Counted from the first letter of the whole stretch, positions 24,545 to 38,046 are shown. The stretch is 62,529 nucleotides of DNA, filler included, from Asterionella formosa (GCA_002256025.1; 23 parts of 23 records of this genome joined end to end with filler, not necessarily neighbours in it), one strand, 5' to 3'. The notes: generated by a model from the sequence alone, not told the origin. A program made the numbers and translations.

Positions 24545-26315
24545 ACAGTTCATTCCGGACCTCATTGTCCCTGCCTGTTGTCAACAACAATGCGTGAGCT
24601 GACAAGCCATACTAGCATTTTGGTAAACAACAAGAACACACTCACCATTCAACTGTATTGCAGAGTTCTTTTATTTGAGTCGAGGATTCAATTGACATTG
24701 CAGCAACCTATGCAGTTACAGAAACAATGAGAAGGAATGATTTGTTAGCTAGTAGTCATGTTACATTGACACAAGAACACGCAATTCCATCGTATCCTCT
24801 TGCTTCACTTACCACAAATCAATGCAACTGATGCATAAGTATGTAATAGTAACTTGTCAGTAAATTCTTGAACAAGTAAGTTTCGGGTATCCAATGTTGT
24901 CGAATAAACTTACCGGTACATTTTTGTCATCTTAACTTTGAGAGAAGGTAAACGTTTTGTCAGCTTTGTTCCAACAGAAGTGAATAGGTCCAACGAGCGA
25001 CAAGAGCACTTACGCAATTTGGTTTTGTAATACATTGGTGCGCTCCCCAACAAGCGAAACGAGCTGTTTAATCAACTGAGAAAAAAGGAAATGTGGCTGC
25101 GTTTAGTTAACAATTTGTTGTTGTGCTGCCTGGCTGTATCTATGATGATTTATTAATATGTTACCGACCTTGAAGTATAATGATAATAAGAACATTATCA
25201 TCACACAGTGTATATAAACTGATCAACAACATTTCCCATCAATATCATAAACCTTCTAATATTATTTTCACTTCTCGTGATTGCCCGATGTAAATTATAA
25301 CTACAATGTATCCTAAAACAAGCTCAACTCTATGCTATCATGTGAATTGTTTCATCGTAAATCTATCGTAAACATGATCATAATTCTAATCACAAGCATT
25401 GTTCAAAATAGATTGAAATGAAAAAATTTAACTATCAAGTTAAGCAATGCTATCTATTAATCTACATGCCAGCGACCCAACGTTTCTCTCTCTACTCGGC
25501 TCAATGTATATTCCTTTCTTGCTCTTTCTTCCTCTGATCTGAATCGTGTGCGAGGCAGTGCCTTACTGATGCTGCGTCTCTTTCCCTGCTGTAAGTGTCA
25601 TTCTGAACTTGCCAACTATTCCGTTGTTTGATTGTTTTTATTGTCCTATACATGCAGTTACAGTTACAATGAGAAGGAATGGTTTGTTAGCTAGTCATGT
25701 TACATTGACACAAGAACACGCAATTCCATCGTATCCTCTTGCTTCACTTACCACAAATCAATGCAACTGATGCATAAGTCCGTAATAGTAACTTGTCAGT
25801 AAGCCAAATTCTTGAACAAGTAAGTTTCGGGTATCCAATTTTGTGGAATAAAACTTACCGGTTCATTTTTGTCAACTTAACTTTGAGAGAAAGTAAACGT
25901 TTTGTCAGTTTTGTTCCAACAGAAGTGAATAGGTCCAACGAGCGACAAGAGCACTTACGCAATTTGGTTTTGTTTTACATTGGTGCTCCCCAACAAGTGA
26001 AACGAGCTGTTGAATCAACTGAGAAAAAAGGAAATGTGGCTGCATTTAGTTAACAATTTGTTGTTGTAATGCCTGCCTCCCAACGATTGTCATCCAAGTA
26101 CCACATTGATGGCTTCATTACCTTAAACATTGTCCATCCTTCGAATGCGCAATGTGTCGAAGCCACAATGTTTTTCGTGATGTATTGCGTAAACTTTCTT
26201 TGCTTGTCATGTGCTTTACTACGACGTATCTTTTCATGAAGCAGCAGGCATTGTTTGTTAACATGACAGAACGATTTGAAAAATATATTGGCCATGAATA
26301 TAGTAATAAAATTTG

Positions 26316-26350
<35 letters not shown>

Positions 26351-27167
26351 CGTTATACATTTTATAAAATTCAAAGGCGCTCTCGATATGGAACATCTGA
26401 TATGGTTGAGATGATCATACTCGCATATACATAATTCGAAAATACTCAATGCACTATATGTCCATTGTTTTCCACGACTACGTGTACCGGTATTATCTCT
26501 GAAATTTGTTTGCATCGATATTTTCTACGTCCGTTGTAACTAAATATTTAGACCATTCAATTGCCGCCAGGGTTTTGGTAGCAAATTGTTTAAGCCCCTT
26601 TTTTGGTCGGGAGCTCTTCATGTGTACCGGTACATCATATGACAATAACAATGTATCATATATATATACAGGGTACCAGTAGCAGGTAGTAAGTGATTTA
26701 CTGGGGGTAGTCGGAGTAGTAAACTAGCAACAGAACACCATATGTTCAGGACTGTTGCTACTGCAGTGGGACAGTAAATCATCATAGTTTTAGGATTGTA
26801 TGATCGTAAAATTATGATCCAAAAGAACACCATATGTTCATGACTGTTGCAATTACAGTGGGACAGTAAATCATCATAGTTTTAGGATCGTATGATCGTA
26901 AAACTAAAAACAAAAAGAACACCATATGTTCATGACTGTTGCTACTGCAGTGGGACAGTAAATCATCATAGTTCTAGGATTGTATGATCGTGAAACTGAA
27001 AAGCGGTACCGGTAGTCGGAGTAATAAGCAAGCAATAGAACACCATAGTAAATCATCATAGTTTTAGGATTGTATAAATAGAACACCATATGTCTATGAC
27101 TGCTGCTACTACAGCGGGACAGTACCGGTAAATGAATTTAAGATCATCGAACTTTAAGGAAGACAAC
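24545..27167 (+). mobile_element. Same dispersed element (partial copy 24545-25130 and long copy 25650-27167) with (TA)n at ~26319-26349 and the ~92-bp array at ~26720-27100
   Basis: Reverse complement of 14485-16107; the contig ends at gaactttaaggaagacaac. Confidence 0.85.
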
Positions 27168-27267
27168 NNNNNNNNNNNNNNNNNNNNNNNNNNNNNNNNN
27201 NNNNNNNNNNNTTAATTAATTAANNNNNNNNNNNNNNNNNNNNNNNNNNNNNNNNNNNNNNNNNNNN

Positions 27268-28630
27268 TTATTCAGGTGATGACTAATGTGAGATATACTC
27301 AACGAGTCATTATAAATAGCATCGCTATTATCGCACATACCTCTGTAATGGCGATCAGCAATCTGCTGTTGTGTAGTAGGGACAAAAGTCACTAGCTGAC
27401 CAGCAGGAGGGTTCGTGACCACTGAAATTTCCTGGGCAGATGTATTCTCGGTAGGATCGGCACGTGGTGGCACGGTACCCCAACCGGATGGACGAGTATT
27501 ATGACCCCATGTATTTAACATACGAGCATGTGGAACAGGCACAGGGTTAGCAGTGTCAGTATGATAGCTTTCCGTAGGATTGCTGTGTGCACCGCCTCCA
27601 CGACCACCAAAATGTCCTCGTCTACCAAAACTGGAACGGCCACGTCCATTTATATGACGACCAGCCATGCGACCTGCTCGACCACCTTGAGTACGAGAAT
27701 TCTGGAAACAATTGCCCCAAGTATGTACACCTTCAGGACGTACCGGGCAAGGACCACGATAATCATGGTACATACGACTGGCTTGTAGAGCTTGATGACG
27801 AACAATTGCCTGACGATCCCATGCGCGTCCGGCTGCATTGACAATAGCACGCGCTCTTCCACGACCACTTGGAGTAAAATTATCCTTGTAGAATTGACGA
27901 CTGACACGCTCGTTTTCTTGACGCATCACACGATTGCCATCAGCAATACAAAGACGGTTTGTGTGATTGTTTGAAAACTGTTCTTGGGAAGATGCTTGTT
28001 TCGGTCCTTAAACGATTGTTGACTCTCGAAGTAAGCGAGAACCGAGCGAATCGATTGGTTTGAAGTCTTCGCATGATTTAATTCAAACTCTTGTTGCCAC
28101 TCACTGGTGGGCATAGAACTGATAATGATAATCCGCGTATCTTCTTTTGACAATCAGTTTTGATCTTCTGGATGAGGCATTAGTTGAAGTAGCCTGTTTA
28201 AAGTTTTAATACGAGCTCCGAAATCCATTACCAACATAGAATAGGGTTTAGATAAATAACGTAACATCCATTGTCATTGATGTTGAAAAGTCTCATTTGG
28301 TAAACGATCGTCTAACCATAAAACCATCGCTTCATCGAAACTATAGTAAGATTGATCTTCTGGGTGTACTTCCACATTCAACCAATCCGGTAAGGCAATG
28401 TCGGTCAAACACCTTTTAAAGTAGGAAAAGGTATCTGCAGGGCTAAAGGCACATGTGTTAGCCATGTCACAAAATTGACTCACTCCAATTAACAATGCTT
28501 CCACCGAGCTTCCATCGAGTATATCTTGATCAAACGATTCAAACCTTCCACTCTTTGATCAAAGGAATCACAGGAACCCTTGAATACATTGCCATGTTTG
28601 TTGTCTTCTAATTCGACTCTTTTTGAATTC
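27268..28630 (-). pseudogene. Gypsy-like retrotransposon gag, degenerate
   Basis: FSYFKRCL..IALPDW, LSKPYSM..DFGARIKTLNRLLQLMP, SSMP..WQQEF, CPV(R)PEGVHTWGNC..N (CHHC-like knuckle) and an RG-rich tail; in-frame stops. Confidence 0.6.
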
Positions 28631-28836
28631 AAAGTGAAGTATCTAACTAGAAGTAGTAGTATTTATTGATTATATGAGCTTATAAATTAATCCTTATGTA
28701 CAACTCATTTCCTGAACTGACATCAAAGAATAGAATGGATGTTAGTCGGGTTCTCTCATTATTGAATTCCGATGTATTTGATATAACCCTAACTCTATAT
28801 ATACCTGTATCGATGTGCAGGATTGCTCACCTGGTA

Positions 28837-29046
28837 CCTGCAGGTCGTTGCGGTAATTGTGCTGAAACTAAAGGTTTAGCTGTCTTTATCCTATATTAAT
28901 TTGTTGATTTAAGCCAAATGACTGGAACTTGCTCGTAGATACAAGGTACCAGCAAGTTGCGGTCATTTTGCTTGAACTAACATTTTAATCACGGATAAAG
29001 ATAGCTAAATCTTTAGTTTCAGCAAAATTACCGCAAAACTTGCAGG
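28837..29046. mobile_element. Two adjacent, oppositely oriented copies of the 95-bp MITE (28837-28935 and 28949-29046), each flanked by TA
   Basis: TA|cctgcaggtcgttgcggtaattgtgct...; TA|ccagcaagttgcggtcattttgct...ttaccgcaaaacttgcagg|TA. Confidence 0.8.
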
Positions 29047-31093
29047 TACCGTTTCTGGTCCACAGTCATGGGTGCAGTATACTGTGCAGTATACTGTGCA
29101 GTATTGCTAATTATTTCGAGTGCTGGTACCGTTATACATAACACTATGTCATGTTATCATCAACTTCATGCAATATATATTTTTATAAATAAAATCAGTG
29201 TTTTTGATGGTGTGGACAATGTGGACTCACACGATCGCCATTCAAATTATATTGAGTACCAGGTACCGGTAATACTTCACCTTTGCTTGTGAGGGGGGAA
29301 AAATTGAAACGAGAAGCACTCCATCAAATGAATGGGAATGCTGAAGATATCATGTGGGCAATATGCTCAACGAACCTTCGAATAGGAATGTCAATGAATA
29401 CTGGTTTTTATGGCAGTAATATATGTGGTTCTGAAGAATAGGTGTCGCCGATGAATCTGACTTGGTATGATGGAAAACCTTGGAATGAATGCGAAGCCAT
29501 CATCAAAGCAACAACAAATTATGAGCGAGACTTCAGTCGCTTTCTGCTTTTGGCTGTAAAATGTTCCCATAATCTATCAAATTTACAAATTTCCTGCATT
29601 CATGGTAAGTGAACGATCATGTATTTCCCACCGCAGGCAGTTTGTTGCTCCAATACTACTACGTACAATGCAAATGAATCGATTTCTGTAATTTCGCATG
29701 GTGTCAACAAGCAAACTACTGACAATGAACCTACGCCCGCTACAGACAACCAATTTGAGGAACTTATGAACTCACATCATGTGATGGTAGCTATCTGACT
29801 ATGATTGTTCTCGTTTCGCAGACTATGAAGCTCTTCAGAAGTGTTGGGATAGTTCTTGCGCTCTGCACATCATTTGCCTTTGCTGGTAGNNNNNNNNNNN
29901 NNNNNNNNNNNNNNNNNNNNNNNNNNNNNNNNNTTAATTAATTAANNNNNNNNNNNNNNNNNNNNNNNNNNNNNNNNNNNNNNNNNNNNATTCAGATAAT
30001 ATATAGATATATTCAAGTAAGCATTTTGATGTATTCAACTAATTCATGTGATCCATTCAAAATCAACTAGGCTTATTTACGTGATGGTCACTTCACGTAA
30101 TACGCGGCTTAGATGTGGGAGCACTGATCATTGCAGAAAAATTTAAGCAACTTGTTTGATGTTACAGAGAATCTGGTCCTAGCTAGCTAACGGTAGCGCT
30201 ACTATTAGCTACGTGTCAGGCTACATAGTACAGTAGGAGTCCTGAGAGAGGAAATTGCGGAGACAAAACTGATACATACAGGCATTTCCTCTTATACCGG
30301 TATTCTAGACTCTACACTCTACATTATATACTCTCACCGGTTGTATTTCTGTTATTACATCAAATCTGATGAAATCCATATCTCAGCTGAATTTGCTACC
30401 GGTATACTTTTACCGTAGGTAAAATTTGGTGGATTGACGTGACATGATTGATGTTATGTAGAGATGCATCTGATGCTAACGGTAGTACAGTACAATACCC
30501 AGTACCAGGTGACCACAAAGTTTGAACCAGCTTACCGGTACCGGTATTACAAAGCCTCAAGGATGTGTATTGAGGTGGGTAGGCGCAGGTACGAAACCAC
30601 ACTCTACCAGGACCACTATTGGAACCAGCATACCGGTATACAGAATCGTGCATGCCAATTGCGACGGGCAGGCACAGGTCCGAACACTTGTCTTTGCATT
30701 GTTTGAACAAAATTCCGTTCCCTCATGTTTTTCCACCTGGAACCATTTTTTAACGTAGAAAATATACCAATGACGTAGATGATGACGTGTTTTCAGCACC
30801 TTCTATCAGATGTAAAAATGATACCAATTTCTTAGGCATATGTGAGGATATTAGCAATCATACTGGCTGAGGAACCCCCAATGTGGAGCGACTTTTAATG
30901 TCCACTTCCACCTTCTATACCGGTAGATTATTCCATACCGGTACCGATCGAGATCTTTCCAATATACCTAATACCGCTACGACAGGTATTATACACTGAT
31001 GTATCTGAATAGCTCGTACAACCTAATTAATTGCTCAGGTGGTCCTCATCAGTCATGCAACGATAACCACAAGATCCATCCTTTATTCTACTA

Positions 31094-31732
31094 CCGTATA
31101 CTTCATTGTCCTGGACCCCCCCTATGGTTGCTGGACCCCCCTGTACATTTTTCTCGAGGTGGAACCAAACACCCAATAATTTTCTTGTCATAGACAAAGT
31201 AACGTGCCATAATTCGTTTTGTCCTCGTAGGCAAATAATTTAGCTACCATTTTGCGATTCTTTTGTACATACAAAACACAAGAGACGACAGGTAGTGGCT
31301 GTGAGCAGCTGGAGAATCCTTCATGATGTTGTCGCAACCTTGACCATGACGAAAATACGAATTATCTCCACGAAAATAGAGAACGACGCTTTGCTACTTG
31401 CTACCTGTATTAAGAATGACATGGAAAATACAATCGTAAAAGAAGTAAAGTAATAACACTAATAATGACAACGAAAATTGAGATTGCCGATAACAACATG
31501 AAGTCGCGTTTTTCTTGCGAGGTGAAGAACTCTCTCATTTTTCACAAGACGAAATTCATTGTCATATTAATACATCTTAGAAAAATGTGGGCTATCCTGT
31601 AGAACTAAAGAAATTTACTTAGGTCCATTATAAGGGAAATCTCTTCATTGTCCTAGGCCCCCCTGAAGTATAATCAGTCAAATTCAGTCACGGCAGTGTA
31701 CATTGGGGGGTCCAGGACAATGAAGTATACGG
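31094..31732. mobile_element. Intact 639-bp non-autonomous pogo/Tc1-type MITE with perfect ~28-bp TIRs and TA TSD
   Basis: TA|CCGTATACTTCATTGTCCTGGACCCCCC...GGGGGGTCCAGGACAATGAAGTATACGG|TA; partial internal TIR copies at ~31131 and ~31643. Confidence 0.92.
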
Positions 31733-32267
31733 TAGACGCAACCGTATTCCTACTATCGTTATTGAAACGACACAGATGCATTCATGATAGCGGGTTGATC
31801 GTGAGACAGAAACATGGTACCACTTAAAAACTGTAAGCCACCGCTACGGCGACTTTTGAACTGTAAGCCACCGCTAAACGGAGTAAACGCACGGTTTGAA
31901 CTTAGTTTACAAGATACGCTATTTATTGTCACGAACGAGTTGTTCAGATTTATATAGCGAGTAAATACTTTCGTACTTGTATTGTTGCATTGTGTACATT
32001 GTTAATTAGGTATTATCGCCCAAAGGTTGCTGTCGACGTGAAATTGAGAAAATTGGATATTTTCACGTTTACTCGATTGAGCAAGCATCACCTTTTCTAT
32101 ACGTATTCAGCTAGAATAATATTCCTCCGCTAGAAAACTAATTTAGTATCCTCTAAAATTTATTTAATATGGCTACGACGTCATTGCGCTTTCGCTCGTG
32201 CGCCATAATAAAGAGATAAATTCAGTAATGGAAAACGTCAAATAGGAATTCCTGGCGCGCCCGAATT

Positions 32268-32602
32268 ATGAGTACAAAAATTAAATGCAAACACAAACAA
32301 TCACCCATCACCCATCACAATACCAACATCATGATCTCGAAAGCGCCTCGACAATGCAAAGCCTTGCCTCGAAAGAAATTGTCTCCTGAAGAGTTGGTCA
32401 GTGTTCAGTTTTGTCTTAACAATGTGATTAGGGAGCTAGAAGCTAAGAAGGCTAACAATGGTGGAAAAATGCCTTATGGTGCTATTTCTAGGTCAGTATC
32501 AGCTAAGCAATGCATTTTCCCTTGGATATCTGTTAACCAAGTGAAGAATGAACTAAAACAAAGTGCTAAACTAGAAGTTAAGTCTAGTACTACTAGTATG
32601 TA
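32268..32602 (+). CDS. 5' part of a putative transposase or TE-associated protein (cut by the contig end)
   Basis: NNGGKMPYGAISRSV...FPWISVNQVKN resembles N-termini recalled from diatom pogo-like proteins; a 17-bp direct repeat actgtaagccaccgcta lies upstream (~31830 and ~31860). Confidence 0.35.
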
Positions 32603-32704
32603 NNNNNNNNNNNNNNNNNNNNNNNNNNNNNNNNNNNNNNNNNNNNTTAATTAATTAANNNNNNNNNNNNNNNNNNNNNNNNNNNNNNNNNNNNNNNNNN
32701 NNAT

Positions 32705-32956
32705 GCCACTGTTACTGCTCAACAAAGTTTCAAATCCAAAACTTCGCCTGGACCAAGCAATGGTGCAGCCATAACAGCGACGATTGTTATTGTCACAGTC
32801 CTTTTACTATCCTTGATTGTCAGTGCGGTCGTGTTGGTTCGACGAAGACATGGTGTCGTGGTGAATGACACTAGTTCCTCAACTGCAGGTGACGCCAACG
32901 TTACGGCCACTGCCATTGCCGCCTTGGTAGGTAGTGATGGGGGCGAAGCACTTTAG
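32705..32956 (+). CDS. C-terminal fragment of a single-pass membrane protein
   Basis: Open from the contig start: ...GAAITATIVIVTVLLLSLIVSAVVLV-RRRH...GGEAL*; a hydrophobic helix followed by a basic stop-transfer sequence. Confidence 0.55.
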   Translation, partial: ATVTAQQSFKSKTSPGPSNGAAITATIVIVTVLLLSLIVSAVVLVRRRHGVVVNDTSSSTAGDANVTATAIAALVGSDGGEAL

Positions 32957-33426
32957 GGGCTGCTTCGCAAAATTGGGGAAATCTGAATGTTGAACTGAAG
33001 GTTACATGTATACCGGTAGATATAATAATCATAGTGTCGAATGTTTTTGAGAAACTGGGTTCTTTGTAGAACATTGTGTGGATGTGTTGGGTGACCTCCT
33101 TTGAAAATCAGAATCGACCACAGGCATAGAAATCTATGTGTACCGGGTATTTCTCAAAGCAAGAAACTAACTGAATTGAATAGCACAACACCGGTGGCTG
33201 TGCATTTTCTCAAGGTCAATTTTGGGAGTACACTTGTATAGTCATACTAAATTTAGACTCACGTCATCGTTTATGAACCCGCCGCCTCATGAATAAATGT
33301 TGACCCATCCGTTTGCAAGGGCATCCTGCAAACAACAGCATAGTCATACCACAGAAGATACGACATCAAAGTATGATCGCGTTATATTAATCGTTTCATC
33401 ATAAAGCAATATTGACTATCGGTATG

Positions 33427-33953
33427 TTACTCATAAATCCAGCTCTTGGAATGAGCCTCCCATTCCACCAAGTCGGATTCTTCGAACCACAGTCCAATTT
33501 CACGATTGGCATTCTCAACACTGTCACTTCCATGACAAATGTTTCGTCCAACTTCAATACAGTAGTCTCCACGAATGGTTCCTTGAGCCGAATCCAATGG
33601 ATTCGTCGCACCCAGCAATTGCCGTCCTGTCTTGACTGCATCTTTGCCCTCCCATACCATACAAACAACAGGTCCAGACAGCATGAAGGCTCTCAAGCCG
33701 GGAAAGAATCCCTTGGTAACCAAATCACAGTAATGTTCATCCAAGATCTCTGCAGTGGCCATGCGAACTTTGAGTGCCACCAATTTGTACCCCTTGGTTT
33801 CAAAACGAGCAATGATGGGGCCCACCAATCCACGTTGGACGCCGTCAGGCTTAATCTATGTGTGTGTGTGTCAGACAATCATGCTTGGGTTTGGGGAGCG
33901 ATGAGAGAACAAGCAGCAAGACGTACCATAATGTAAGTGCGTTCCATCGTCAT
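33427..33953 (-). CDS. NDK1: Nucleoside diphosphate kinase; exons 33953-33927 and 33855-33427, intron 33926-33856 (71 nt), 151 aa
   Basis: [46 protein letters not shown] (catalytic His), WIYE; GTACGT...TAG intron. Confidence 0.97.
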
Positions 33954-34594
33954 GGTCAACTCTGTTATCGATTTTTCTTATTTTTTGTGCCTGTTTTAGG
34001 TTACCGGTAGGGTAACTTTTTATTAGGACGGAGATGGACACTAAAATGGGCGGTGGGGATCGGTTTTGACTTTTTTGTCCTCCGTCCATATCATCATACG
34101 AACGGTAAGGTACCGGTACCAGGTACCATGGTATGGTACAAGGTACAAGGTACCATACCGTGAAGTAAAACATTTATCCATCCTAGCGATGCGTAAAATA
34201 TAAATTATTACGTATGTATATGTACACACAGCCGCAGTATGGTGCATAGTGTTGATCCCTGGGTATGATGTACTACGGAACGCATGCGCCATACAGCAAG
34301 AACCAGTGTAGCCACTAAAGATTTAGGTATCTTTAAATGGCCGCAACTTGCAGATCGATATGTTACATACCAGTGCTGTGATAATTATGTGCAAACAAGA
34401 GCCATAGAATAGTCATCATATTGTAGCTCACCTTTGCTTATCACAAGGTTCCCCTCAACAGAGCTACAAAATCTGTTCACCCCCCTTTGTCACTCTTGAT
34501 GTTGTGGCCAAATTTCATTACCATCTCGTGCAACCACCACGTCTGTGAAAAGATTTTCCATTAGATCTAACGTTTTACTCAGCATACGTTAAAA

Positions 34595-35324
34595 AAGTGA
34601 TTGATTATTCAAATATTTTGACATGTTGATGATAATTTTGATATATCAATGGCCGTATCTGTATGATCAATCAAATTTGTACGTTAGGTTACTAGCATAC
34701 ACATGTTAGGTTATGCGTTTATAAGAACTCGTATATATTAGTTACCAAATCTAATCGGCTATCCAAAATTGTTGATATATTGATCAAATGTTTTGTTATG
34801 TTGATGATGATTTTGATGTATCAATGACCGTGTCGGTGTGGTAAATCAAATTTGTTTGTCAGATTATTTTCTTACACATGTCAGGTTACGCATAGATAGA
34901 AGTCATATATATTAGTTATCAAAACTAATCTGCTAACCAAATGCTTTGATATATTGATACGTTGTTTGATTGATCAATAGCTGTTGCTCTTTGATCAATT
35001 ATGGTTTTAGCGAGGAAGGTTATGACTTTACACAGATCACCTTACGTGTATGTAAACCTTGTACCCGACGATGCTATCAGAATGAAATCTGTGCAACAAC
35101 GGTGCGTTCCTTGATGCCATTCCGATTTCAATGCTCTACCGGTACATGCTTTGATCCAATTCTTGTACCGGTAGTATTCGTCATTTTCTCTCCATTCGCA
35201 TATCAGTAATCGAATTTCTTACAAGCCATGTGCATTTGTTGAACAATCTATGCGTAACCTGACATGTGTAAGAAAATAATCTGACAAACAAATTTGATTT
35301 ACCACACCGACACGGTCATTGATA
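34595..35324. repeat. AT-rich ~190-bp imperfect tandem duplication plus a perfect 79-bp inverted copy (34819-34897 / 35246-35324)
   Basis: Direct comparison; the inverted copy runs to the contig end. Confidence 0.85.
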
Positions 35325-35426
35325 NNNNNNNNNNNNNNNNNNNNNNNNNNNNNNNNNNNNNNNNNNNNTTAATTAATTAANNNNNNNNNNNNNNNNNNNN
35401 NNNNNNNNNNNNNNNNNNNNNNNNAG

Positions 35427-38046
35427 TTGACTGGCGCCAATGGAGATGCCAAGAAAGACGACAACTCAGTCGAATCTGACGAGGGATGCCACTCCAAGAA
35501 CAAGCCAAAGACAAGAAAGCGCAAGAAGAAGGCTAGAAGGACAAAGACCTCAGCTTCTGGATTATGCGATACGGCTACACCTCATGTAAAAATCAAGGAC
35601 TCTGATGACAAAGACAGTGAGGATGATGGAGATGATAGTGACCAGGAAAGAAATCCTACAACAAGTACCCAAAGGAAGAAATCTAAGAAGGAGACTCCCA
35701 GGAAAAAGAAAAAGGGACGTCGCAACCCAGTACTCCGACGTGGACGCATTCCGGGGGAAGCAGCAAGGGTTGTGCTTGATGGAGGAACTGAATTTGAGGT
35801 CATTGGCGGAGTCGGATGGAGAGTTCTGGAAAAAGTGAGCAAGAGCGCAAAACTGCATGGTTGGGGGGCCAATATGGATGGACCTACTCTTCCAATTGTC
35901 AATGCAGTCACTGCTTATGAACATCCAGAAACAAAAGAAACCTATTTACTTGGGTTGGGGGGAGCAGCCTTTGATGAAAGACCAGAACAAACAGAAGCGC
36001 TGATCAACACTCATGTGATGAGGCGTAATAATGTTATTGTTCATGACATTTCTGAACGGGATGGCGGTTTGCAATGCATTGAGGTTGACAACATTCAGAT
36101 TAAACTATTGTTCACTGATGATGAAAAACTTCTTACATTCAATGTTCGCCTACCTACAATCGAAGAAGCAAACTCCCACACAATTCATTGGTTGACACCA
36201 CGAATTCCCAGCAACTCATCTGAGTTGTTGAAGCAGTCATCTAGAAGGGGACGCGGAAGCATTGTTAAAGAGGAGCCAACTCTATGGGAGAAACGTCTTG
36301 GAAATTCAACTGAGATTGTAACCAAGAAGACACTCGAAGCAACAACACAGCTCTGCACCCAGACAGTTGAAATGGAGAATAGAGAAGCACCCAGACAGCA
36401 TCGAAAGAAGCGTCTAATTCCTCTTCATCCTAATCGACTTGATGGCAGGACAGATTCGGATACGTTTTTCTCATCTATCAAGTCCATCCGGAACTACTCA
36501 TGTGTGCAACTCTTCATTCATATTCCATCGCAATTTCTGTTTGCACGTTGTATGTTTAGAGAGGCACATTCACATGGAGCATACCAGGATTTTGTAAGTG
36601 AGGTTGGAGCTCCCAACATTTTGTTGACTGATAACTCTCAAACTCAGTCTGGCACATTGTGGATCAAAACAAGCCAGGAAAACATCACAAAAGAAATCCA
36701 TTCTGTCCCACACACAACCAAAACCAGAACCAGGCAGAGCTCAAGATCCGGGACATTATTCCTGAACCTCTAGATGAACCAGAGGATCACAATCTTATTC
36801 GTCTAGTTCATTTTGCTCCTACTCCTCAGATCATTGTTCATTTTGCTCCTACTCCTCAGATCATTGAAACATCAAAGGGTCTAGAGGAGCAGGGGGGGAA
36901 AGAGGAGCAATGCACTACAACAGAAGTATACAACAAGCAATGCACTACAACAGAAGTAGACAACAAGCAATGCACTACAACAGAAGTAGACAACAACAAC
37001 ATATCAAAAAATCCACCATCCAACACCGATGATGTTCAGTTCGACTTTGATCCACTTGACGCAACACACGACATTGAAATGTGTGATGAGATCAATAATG
37101 AGCTAGCTGAAGAGCATACAGAGGCAACAAAGATGAGTGGTTCCAGGGTAACTGATATTCGAGCGCATCGCTGGAAGGCCGGGCAACTTGAGTTGGAGGT
37201 GCACTGGGATACTGAAAATGTCTCCTGGGAATCATTTCAGGACTTGAAGCTTGACCATCCAAACATGACAGCACAATACATTGTAGACAATAATGTCAGT
37301 CGTTCCAAACGCCTGGATAGAGTCATGCAATGGGCAAAGAAAACAGTTCGAGACATCAAACGAGCTGTCCGAAGAATTGCAAGGTTATATGAGCATCATT
37401 TTGATGGATGTGATCAGGTGTACACAGTGAGGCGTGCCGACATAAGAAAGAAGAAGCATCCTAAGATTAGGAAGCAAATTCTCAAGTATGGCGTTGAGGT
37501 CCCACGAAATGTCACCCATGCAATGGAATTGGACAAGCAAAGTGGAAACACATTCTGGCAAGAGGCAATCAAACGTGAAATCTTCTCACTTGTCGAAATG
37601 GAATGTTTTGAATTTAAGAAGCCAGATTTTAACCCTGGAGTCGGATATCAATGGACAACACTGACAGTGATCTTTGACGTCAAGCAAGATCTACGGCGCA
37701 AGGCAAGACTTGTGGCTGGTGGACATCTAGTTGACGCACTTGACAACAATGTTTACTCTTCAACTGTGAAAGGCATAAGTGTTAGAATGCTACATGTGAT
37801 TGCACACAAGCAGAACTTGAAGCTGCTTTGTGGCGATGTTGGAAATGCTTATGTCAATGCATACACTAATGAGCTAGTATACTCCCGTGCTGGACCAGAA
37901 TTTGGAGAGGAGTTGAGGTGATCAATCATTCTCATCCGAAAAGCACTATATGGTTTGAGATCAAGCTCTGAGCGTTGGTGGACGCATTTTGCGGACACGA
38001 TCCGGGGAATGGGGTTCCAGCCAACTAGGTACGACAAAGATGTGTG
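35427..38046 (+). mobile_element. CoDi-like Ty1/Copia pol fragment (integrase, chromo-like linker, reverse transcriptase), with a frameshift/deletion at ~36715-36760 and a stop at 37919
   Basis: DTFFS..KSIR, GAPNILLTDN, QNQAE (integrase); KYGVEVPRNV.HA.ELD..SGNTFW.EAI..E, RKARLVAGGH, DVGNAY, KALYGLRSS (RT). Confidence 0.92.

Noticed and set aside
33412..33936. 174-aa plus-strand ORF overlapping NDK
   Set aside because: Antisense shadow of the conserved NDK frame; similar shadows lie over THOC1, the gag ORFs and 43802-44269.
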